A stretch of 40,657 bases of DNA from a virus. Lineage: Duplodnaviria > Caudoviricetes. The notes beneath the pieces were generated by a model that had not been told where the DNA came from, ran no database searches, and saw only the letters and a list, made by a program, of their open reading frames with translations. A program made the translations under genes and the position numbers. Shown piece by piece: positions 27,565 through 34,574 of this stretch (its first letter is position 1; the number at the start of each line of letters is the position of its first letter). The stretch covers positions 1-40,657 of IMG/VR virus record IMGVR_UViG_3300042901_000476. One strand, given 5' to 3'.

Positions 27565-29886
27565 ATGGCAGAAAGAATCGTATCACCTGGCGTATTCACA
27601 AGAGAAAATGACCTATCCTTCTTAGCGCAAGGAATTGGTGAAATTGGAGCAGCATTTATAGGACCTTTTAAACAAGGACCTGCATTCGTTCCTACTATTG
27701 TTAGAACGCAATCAGAGTTTGAAGAAATCTTCGGAACTCCTGATGGAACTTATTATACTGAACACGCAGTACAAAACTATTTAAGAGAAGCTGGAACGGC
27801 TACAATCGTAAGGGTTGGTGGTATAGGTGGTTACACCCAAACTGCGCCTTTAGGTATTTTTGCATCCGGTTCATCTAACCAAAGTTTAGGTACTAAATTA
27901 GTTGGAGTGTTATATTCAACCGCTGTCGGAGATGAAGGTGTTGGATTTGCATCATCAACAATAGTTAGTAACGATGCAACCGATGGTTCATTTGTGATTA
28001 ACACATTGGCTGCAGGTGTAAATGTATCGGCATCAATCCTACCAACAGCTACTAATGATTTATCGGATGTATTTGGTGAATCTCCATTTGGTTCAAAAGC
28101 TGCTTATACATACAACTATTTTGAAAACATTGCAGCTTTATACACTGGTTCTCTTGGAAATAATATTGTAGTATCTACTGACCCATTACCAAATCAAGTT
28201 TATGGTGATGTTAAAACAGCAGAAACTCCTTTTGTTAAATCTCAATTGATTAGTGGTGAGAGATATGACCTTTTCAAATTTGTAACTTTAGGACATGGTA
28301 CAACATATAATACTAAATTTAAAGTTGGTATTTCTAATGTAAAAGCAGCTGGTGAAGATGGTTCAACTGATTACTCTACATTTACTGTAACAATCCGTTC
28401 ATTTGGTGATACCGATAAGAGAAAGAGTGTGATTGAAACATTTAATAATGTAAACTTAGACCCTGCTTCTCCTAACTACATTGCTAAGAGAATTGGTGAC
28501 AGATATAATGAAATTGAATCTTCTGGTAAAATAACAGAATATGGCGATTATGCAAATAGGTCAAAATTTATAAGAGTTGAAATGGCTGAAAATAGTGTTG
28601 GAAATCCAATTTCAGCAGCACCATTTGGACATGGAGCATATACAAACCCAATTAGAGCAACAAATGATGCAGAAGCACAACAAATTCCGGCCGTAGTATA
28701 TCAAACTGGTTCGGTAGTTAATACATCATCATCTCCAATATATTTTAGTGGATTTGATTTTGAAACTGCTGGTGTGGCAGATGATAATAGACAATATTTA
28801 AAACCAATTCCTGAAAGTGCACAAACTGGAGCAAACACTATATTTGCATTTGATTCGAATGGTATATTTATGGGTCTTTCTGGTTCTGCATCATCTGATA
28901 TGGTTCATAGACAATTCGTTCTTGCATTCCAAGAAGGATTTGATGGTTTAAATCCAACCATAAAGGCTAATATAAGTACACCAATAACATCAGCAAACAC
29001 ACAAGGATTTAATTGCGCTACTGCAGCTTCTAATGGTTCAATTGCATATACTAAAGCAATCAACGCTATATCAAATGCAGATGAATACGATATCAATTTA
29101 GTTGTAACTCCTGGTATTATTCGTTCTGAACACCCAACTATTACTAATAGAGTAATTGATATGGTTGAAGATAGACAAGATTGTTTCTATATCGCTGATT
29201 TTGTGAATGTAGGTGCATCTATAACTGAAGCAACTGAAAAAGCAAACGAAGTAGATTCTAACTATGTAGCAACTTACTACCCTTGGATTAAGACGGTAGA
29301 TGCTAACACAAATAAATTAATACCAGTTCCACCATCAGTATTGATGCCGGCTGTATTCGCTGCAAACGATAGATTGGCAGCTGAATGGTTCGCACCTGCT
29401 GGTTTGAATAGAGGTGGTATTATTGGAGCAGTTAGTGTATTGAATAGATTAACACATTCTGAAAGAGATACTCTATATGAGAACAAAGTAAACCCAATCG
29501 CAGCATTCCCTGGACAAGGTATTGTAGCATTCGGACAGAAGACATTGCAAGATAGAGCATCTGCACTTGATAGAATCAACGTAAGAAGATTACTTATCAC
29601 TGTTAAGAAGTTCATCGCATCTACTTCTCGTTTCTTAGTGTTCGAACAAAACACAGCAACAACTAGAGCACGATTCTTAAATACTGTAAACCCTTATTTA
29701 GAGGCAATCCAACAAAGACAAGGTTTATACGCATTCAGAGTTGTGATGGATGAAACTAACAATACACCTGATGTAATTGATAGAAATATTATGGCTGGAC
29801 AAATTTTCTTACAACCGGCTAAGACAGCGGAATTTATCGTAATAGATTTCAACATCTTACCAACTGGAGCAAGTTTTAACGCATAA
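27565..29886 (+). CDS. Contractile tail sheath protein (T4 gp18-like)
   Basis: N-terminal SPGVFTRENDLS; C-terminal YYPWIK...PPS...WFAPAGLNRG...LYENKVNPI...GQKTLQ...SALDRINVRRLL...FEQN...LQPAKTAEFIVIDF. Confidence 0.95.
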   Translation: MAERIVSPGVFTRENDLSFLAQGIGEIGAAFIGPFKQGPAFVPTIVRTQSEFEEIFGTPDGTYYTEHAVQNYLREAGTATIVRVGGIGGYTQTAPLGIFASGSSNQSLGTKLVGVLYSTAVGDEGVGFASSTIVSNDATDGSFVINTLAAGVNVSASILPTATNDLSDVFGESPFGSKAAYTYNYFENIAALYTGSLGNNIVVSTDPLPNQVYGDVKTAETPFVKSQLISGERYDLFKFVTLGHGTTYNTKFKVGISNVKAAGEDGSTDYSTFTVTIRSFGDTDKRKSVIETFNNVNLDPASPNYIAKRIGDRYNEIESSGKITEYGDYANRSKFIRVEMAENSVGNPISAAPFGHGAYTNPIRATNDAEAQQIPAVVYQTGSVVNTSSSPIYFSGFDFETAGVADDNRQYLKPIPESAQTGANTIFAFDSNGIFMGLSGSASSDMVHRQFVLAFQEGFDGLNPTIKANISTPITSANTQGFNCATAASNGSIAYTKAINAISNADEYDINLVVTPGIIRSEHPTITNRVIDMVEDRQDCFYIADFVNVGASITEATEKANEVDSNYVATYYPWIKTVDANTNKLIPVPPSVLMPAVFAANDRLAAEWFAPAGLNRGGIIGAVSVLNRLTHSERDTLYENKVNPIAAFPGQGIVAFGQKTLQDRASALDRINVRRLLITVKKFIASTSRFLVFEQNTATTRARFLNTVNPYLEAIQQRQGLYAFRVVMDETNNTPDVIDRNIMAGQIFLQPAKTAEFIVIDFNILPTGASFNA

Positions 29887-29906
29887 TACAAAAAACAACA
29901 AAGTAG

Positions 29907-29915
29907 ATATTTATT
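29907..29915 (+). promoter_or_regulatory. ATATTTATT variant of the putative late promoter, before the tube gene
   Basis: One mismatch to the recurrent motif, 23 nt upstream of ATG 29939. Confidence 0.45.
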
Positions 29916-29938
29916 AATATAATAAAAAGGATAATAAA

Positions 29939-30427
29939 ATGGCAGAAATACTAGAGTTTGATAAGATGTTCTATACGAACTTCGAACCTAAGATGAAAAA
30001 TAGATATGTGATGGAAATCGATGGAATTCCTTCATATATGGTTAAAGCAGCAGCTAGACCTTCAATCACATTTGAACCGATTGTGTTAGACCACATCAAC
30101 ATTAAAAGAAAGTTACAAGGTAAGGGTGAGTGGCAGGATATAACTGTAACATTGTATGACCCAATTGTTCCATCTGGAGCACAAGCGGTAATGGAGTGGG
30201 TACGTTTAGGACACGAATCAATTACTGGTAGACGAGGATATGCAGATTTCTATAAAAAAGATATAGATTTCTATATGTTAGGACCTGTTGGTGATAAAAT
30301 TGAACAATGGAAATTAAAAGGAGCATTTATTATATCTGCAAATTTTGGTGATGTTGCATTCGATTCAAACGAACCAGCAACTATTGAATTATCTTTGGCT
30401 TACGATTACGCAATCTTAGAATTCTAA
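29939..30427 (+). CDS. Tail tube protein (T4 gp19-like)
   Basis: 162 aa directly after the sheath; FEPKMKNRY...RPSI...WQDITVTLYDPI...VMEW...EQWKLKGAF...IELSLAYDYA. Confidence 0.92.
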   Translation: MAEILEFDKMFYTNFEPKMKNRYVMEIDGIPSYMVKAAARPSITFEPIVLDHINIKRKLQGKGEWQDITVTLYDPIVPSGAQAVMEWVRLGHESITGRRGYADFYKKDIDFYMLGPVGDKIEQWKLKGAFIISANFGDVAFDSNEPATIELSLAYDYAILEF

Positions 30428-30456
30428 AATATTCCTTACGGAAGCTACCGAAGGAC

Positions 30457-30490
30457 AACCCTCATCAGAAATGGTGGGGGTTTTTTTATT
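30457..30490 (+). terminator. Rho-independent terminator
   Basis: AACCCTCATCA-GAAA-TGGTGGGGGTT stem with a GNRA loop, followed by a T tract. Confidence 0.85.
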
Positions 30491-30510
30491 TTCAAAAATT
30501 TTAATTTAAT

Positions 30511-30519
30511 GTATTTATA
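30511..30519 (+). promoter_or_regulatory. GTATTTATA variant of the putative late promoter
   Basis: Lies between the terminator and ATG 30547. Confidence 0.5.
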
Positions 30520-30546
30520 TATACAAACTAAAAAAGATATAAAGTT

Positions 30547-31362
30547 ATGGCAGAAGTTAATATTGCACAGCAAACCCCAACACCTAAACAGGTAGAGGCA
30601 TTGAAATTTGATTTTCCAACGGAAACAATTGAATTACCATCAAAAGGATTGGTATATCCTGAAGGACATCCATTGAGAGGTGGTACTTGTCAAATAAAAT
30701 ATATGACAGCTAGAGAAGAAGATATCCTTGCAAATCAAAACCTTATTAAAAAAGGTATTGTATTAGATAAACTATTTGAATCGGTTCTAGTTGAACCTGG
30801 AGTAAATCCAAATGATATCTATATTGGTGATAAAAACGCTATTTTAATGGCAACTCGTATTTTAGGATATGGTGCTGATTATCAAATAGAAATGACTGAC
30901 CCATTTTCATTAGAAAAGCAAACTGTTGTTATTGATTTAGGTAAAGTTCAAACAAAAGATGTTGATGATGATGTATTAAATTCAAAAAATAGATATACAT
31001 TCAAATTACCATCAACTGGAACTGAAGTTATTTTTAAATTACTTACACATGGTGATGAGCAAGAAATTACAAAAGAAATACAAGCTTTAGAAAAATTAAA
31101 TAAGAATTCTGGCACATCATTTGATGTTACAACTCGTTTGAAATATATGATTGTTTCAGTAGATGGTAATGAGGATAGAGGTTTTGTAAATAGATGGGTA
31201 GTTAATTCATTTTTAGCAAAGGATACAAAAGCATTTAGAGCTTATGTTAAAGAAATATCACCCGATTTGGATATGAAATTCCAATTTACATCTGAAATAA
31301 CTGGTGAGATGGAGGCGCTAGATATCCCATTCGGGATTAACTTTTTTTACCCTTCCAACTGA
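30547..31362 (+). CDS. Tail/baseplate hub assembly chaperone (T4 gp26-like)
   Basis: PTETIELPSKGLVY...IKYMTAREEDIL...GDKNAILMATRILGYG...ISPDLDM...INFFYP. Located between the tube and tape measure genes. Confidence 0.75.
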   Translation: MAEVNIAQQTPTPKQVEALKFDFPTETIELPSKGLVYPEGHPLRGGTCQIKYMTAREEDILANQNLIKKGIVLDKLFESVLVEPGVNPNDIYIGDKNAILMATRILGYGADYQIEMTDPFSLEKQTVVIDLGKVQTKDVDDDVLNSKNRYTFKLPSTGTEVIFKLLTHGDEQEITKEIQALEKLNKNSGTSFDVTTRLKYMIVSVDGNEDRGFVNRWVVNSFLAKDTKAFRAYVKEISPDLDMKFQFTSEITGEMEALDIPFGINFFYPSN

Positions 31363-31561
31363 TTATAGAACCCAATTACATTCTCAAATTTGGGAAATGG
31401 TTCAATTCAGTAATGGGTTTACTTGGTCAGAGGTTTATCACATGCCAACATATCTTCGTAAATTTTATTTTAATAAGTTGATAGAACTTAAGAAAAAAGA
31501 AGCTGAAGAACATAAAAAGGCTCAATCAAAAATGAAATCAAACAAAGTGAGGATGCGTTAA
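31343..31561 (+). CDS. Unlisted +1-frame ORF (gp51-like / chaperone extension), probably reached by frameshifting at T7 31342-31348; alternative ATG at 31397
   Basis: The +1 frame is open from 31322 to 31561. From 31343 it reads FFTLPTDYRTQLHSQIWEMVQFSNGFTWSEVYHMPTYLRKFYFNKLIELKKKEAEEHKKAQSKMKSNKVRMR*, and it ends inside a terminator. Confidence 0.75.
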   Translation, partial: FFTLPTDYRTQLHSQIWEMVQFSNGFTWSEVYHMPTYLRKFYFNKLIELKKKEAEEHKKAQSKMKSNKVRMR

Positions 31562-31580
31562 TATCCTCACTTTTTTATTT
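31544..31580 (+). terminator. Rho-independent terminator
   Basis: Perfect 11-bp stem AAAGTGAGGAT-GCGTTAAT-ATCCTCACTTT followed by TTTATTT. Confidence 0.85.
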
Positions 31581-31584
31581 GTCA

Positions 31585-31604
31585 ATATTTATAGAATATA
31601 AACA
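31585..31604 (+). promoter_or_regulatory. Putative late promoter (20-bp element identical to 26987-27006)
   Basis: ATATTTATAGAATATAAACA directly after the terminator, ahead of the tape measure operon. Confidence 0.65.
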
Positions 31605-31612
31605 CTATTTGT

Positions 31613-31828
31613 ATGAATAATAAAAAACAAATTAAACAAGAAGGTATATTCGATGTTGCTGATAGATTCGTAGCTAGATTTTTCGATGGGTTATCAACTG
31701 GAGCAGCTAATAGTATTATCAAAAAAGCTGAACAAGCCAAATTACCACCACATGCAATTAAACTAATGAAAGATATTGAAGATAGGGGTGAAGAATTAAG
31801 AAGAATAGCAAAAGAATTAAAAAAGTAA
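31613..31828 (+). CDS. Hypothetical protein (71 aa, helical)
   Basis: Clean ORF filling the gap between the promoter motif and the tape measure gene. Confidence 0.6.
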   Translation: MNNKKQIKQEGIFDVADRFVARFFDGLSTGAANSIIKKAEQAKLPPHAIKLMKDIEDRGEELRRIAKELKK

Positions 31829-31836
31829 TTTAATAA

Positions 31837-34572
31837 ATGGCACTAACTCCAGAAGAAAGAGCAGCTAGAGATGCCGCCCGAGCGGCGGAAGCTTCCTTGT
31901 CTATTTTAGAAAGAATTCAAAAATATAGAACTAGAATTCTTGAGTTACAAACAAAAGAAGGAGAGTTGAGTTCTGCAGAATCTGATGAACTATACAAACA
32001 AGAAATACTTCTTGCTAAAAATATTGCTATTCAAGAAAAAAGAGCAAAACGGCTGTTGGGTACTAAGCAAGTTGAACTTGATATAGCTAACGCATACGCA
32101 CAGCAAGCAGATGGGTTATCTTCAATTTCAAAAGTATATAAAGGATTAACAGATGTTCAGAAGCAAAGTTTAGTAACTGTACAATCATCATTATCATCTG
32201 TCCAAGCTTCATTAATAGCTGATGAAAATAAAAAAGTATTATTAGATAGTACTTTAACTGGTATATCAGAATTGCAAGGATTGCAGCAAAAAATGGCAGA
32301 AACTGGACCGGAAGATGTGGAAACTCAAAAATCCATTTCAACTGCGTATGATGCTCAACTTAATAAGTTAAGAGAGGCCATTACAGTAAAAGAATCAATC
32401 GGTGAAATTACAGAAGCAGAAGCTAATGCATTATTAGCATCGTTAGATACACAACAAAATAGTTTGGCTGCGGCCCAAAAATATGGTACGATTACTAAGG
32501 AAACCAAAGAATTAATAGAGGCACAAATTCAGGCATACGAAGGTGTAAAAAAATCAATAAGAGGAGTACTTGGTACTTTATCTATGATAACAAAAGGACC
32601 AATGGGAGCATTGGGTGTGGGATTGTTAGGAGCAGGATTTGCGGCAGATAAGTTAGGAAAAAATATTAGAAGTTTTGGTGGATTTATTGATTCCGCCCAA
32701 TTTTCAGCATTAGGACTTAGTTTTATATTTGATGATGCGGAAGAAACAGCAAAATCGTTATCAAAAGAATTTGGTGGATTAAAAGATGTAACCTTTAGTA
32801 CTCAATTAAATACTAATTTAATGGCTACTAATATGGGTATTAGTGGTAACGAAGCAGCTAGTATAGTTGGTAGTTTTGCAAGAATGAACGATGGTTCAGC
32901 TTCAACTGCTATGGATATGGCAGCCACAACAAAAGAAATGGCAAAGGCAGCTGGTGTTCCTGTTGACCAGGTAATGAAAGATGTTGCTGGTTCTGCTCAA
33001 GCTTTTGCGGAATATGGTAAAGATGGTGGATTGAATATAGCTAAGGCTGCTGTATCAGCTGCTAAATTGGGAGTGGGTATGGACTCATTAACCAAAGTAA
33101 CTGATTCCCTTTTAGATTTTGAAACATCAATAAATAGTGAATTGGAATTAGGTGCTATGCTTGGTAGAAATATTAATTTAGATAGAGCAAGAGCATTAGC
33201 ATACGAAGGAAACATAGGTGGGGCTGTAAAAGAAACATTACAAAGTTTAGGTGGTATAGAAGAATTCAATAAAATGGATATCTTCCAAAAGAGAAAGGCG
33301 GCTGAATTATTGGGATTATCAGTTGAAGAATTCCAAAAGATGGCGGCTAATTCTGATAAATTAAATGATGATGGCACTGTTCAAGTTTCTACATTTAATC
33401 AAATTACAGAAGCTATAACAGCATCTGCAACCGCATCTGGTGGATTTTTAAAAACTATGGGTGGGTTGGTGTTAGGAGCTGCACAAATGGGTGGTTCTTT
33501 TGCACAAATGGGTATGGATGTGAAAGGTATGGCTTCGGGAGCACTTGACAAAATTAAAGGTTTCTTTGGAGGAGCAAAACCACCAATTCCTACACCTGAC
33601 ACTTCAATAACAGGACCACTAACCAAAGATGGTTTACCTGATAAACGTTTTAAAGCAAACCGATTACCAACAACACCAGCAACTCCACCATCACCAACAA
33701 CAATGGCACCACAAGCACAAACGGGACCCGCTGACCAGGCAAATAAAATGTCTAAGATAAAAAGCGGAGATTTAATTAAAGGTGCGGTAGCATTATTGAT
33801 ATTAGCAGCAGCTTTATTTGTTGCAGCAAAAGCATTTCAAGAATTCGGAGAAGTTACTTGGGAGTCGGTTGGTATGGGATTAGTTGCATTGGCCGGATTA
33901 GCTGGTATTGCATTTATATTATCTAAAGCACAAGGAGCTATGTTGCAAGGTGCAGTTGCAGTTGCCGTTTTAGGAGCAGCTTTAATACCATTTGCATTTG
34001 CTATGAGTTTAATTGAAAATTTAAAAATAGATGCTGTATTAGCAGCCGCAGCCGGACTAGTTATGTTTGGGTTAGCAGCAGCTGGTATAGGTATGATATT
34101 ACCACTTATATTAGCAGGTTCTGTTGGTATTGCAGCATTGGGCGCATCTATGATATTATTTGGTGCAGGGTTAATGCTTGTATCAGGAGGTATGGGTGCT
34201 ATATCAGCGGTTATACCATTTGTTACTGAACAAATATCGGCATTATCACAAATTGATTTTCTACCAATATTAGGTTTAGCTGGGGCTTTAACTATATTAT
34301 CAATAGCATTAGCAGCAGTTGCTGTTACTGGAATGATGGCACTACCTGCATTACTTGCTTTAGGATTGATAGCAGGAGGAGCAGCCGCAATTATGGGTGG
34401 TGGTGAAGGTGAGAGTGGTGATAGAACCGGTGAGTTGATTGATGAAATAAAAGGATTGAGAGCAGATTTAATAGCTGGTAAAATAGCAGTAAATATAGAC
34501 GGACAAAAAGTTACTTCTAATGTAGGTAAAGTTGTATCTAGAATTAGTTCCAATTCATACGCTAAAGTATAA
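31837..34572 (+). CDS. Tape measure protein
   Basis: 911 aa, Ala-rich and helical; LLDFETSINSELELGAMLGRNINLDRARALA core; long hydrophobic Ala/Gly/Leu segment (about 33770-34400); positioned after the tube and chaperone genes. Confidence 0.85.
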   Translation: MALTPEERAARDAARAAEASLSILERIQKYRTRILELQTKEGELSSAESDELYKQEILLAKNIAIQEKRAKRLLGTKQVELDIANAYAQQADGLSSISKVYKGLTDVQKQSLVTVQSSLSSVQASLIADENKKVLLDSTLTGISELQGLQQKMAETGPEDVETQKSISTAYDAQLNKLREAITVKESIGEITEAEANALLASLDTQQNSLAAAQKYGTITKETKELIEAQIQAYEGVKKSIRGVLGTLSMITKGPMGALGVGLLGAGFAADKLGKNIRSFGGFIDSAQFSALGLSFIFDDAEETAKSLSKEFGGLKDVTFSTQLNTNLMATNMGISGNEAASIVGSFARMNDGSASTAMDMAATTKEMAKAAGVPVDQVMKDVAGSAQAFAEYGKDGGLNIAKAAVSAAKLGVGMDSLTKVTDSLLDFETSINSELELGAMLGRNINLDRARALAYEGNIGGAVKETLQSLGGIEEFNKMDIFQKRKAAELLGLSVEEFQKMAANSDKLNDDGTVQVSTFNQITEAITASATASGGFLKTMGGLVLGAAQMGGSFAQMGMDVKGMASGALDKIKGFFGGAKPPIPTPDTSITGPLTKDGLPDKRFKANRLPTTPATPPSPTTMAPQAQTGPADQANKMSKIKSGDLIKGAVALLILAAALFVAAKAFQEFGEVTWESVGMGLVALAGLAGIAFILSKAQGAMLQGAVAVAVLGAALIPFAFAMSLIENLKIDAVLAAAAGLVMFGLAAAGIGMILPLILAGSVGIAALGASMILFGAGLMLVSGGMGAISAVIPFVTEQISALSQIDFLPILGLAGALTILSIALAAVAVTGMMALPALLALGLIAGGAAAIMGGGEGESGDRTGELIDEIKGLRADLIAGKIAVNIDGQKVTSNVGKVVSRISSNSYAKV

Positions 34573-34574
34573 CG

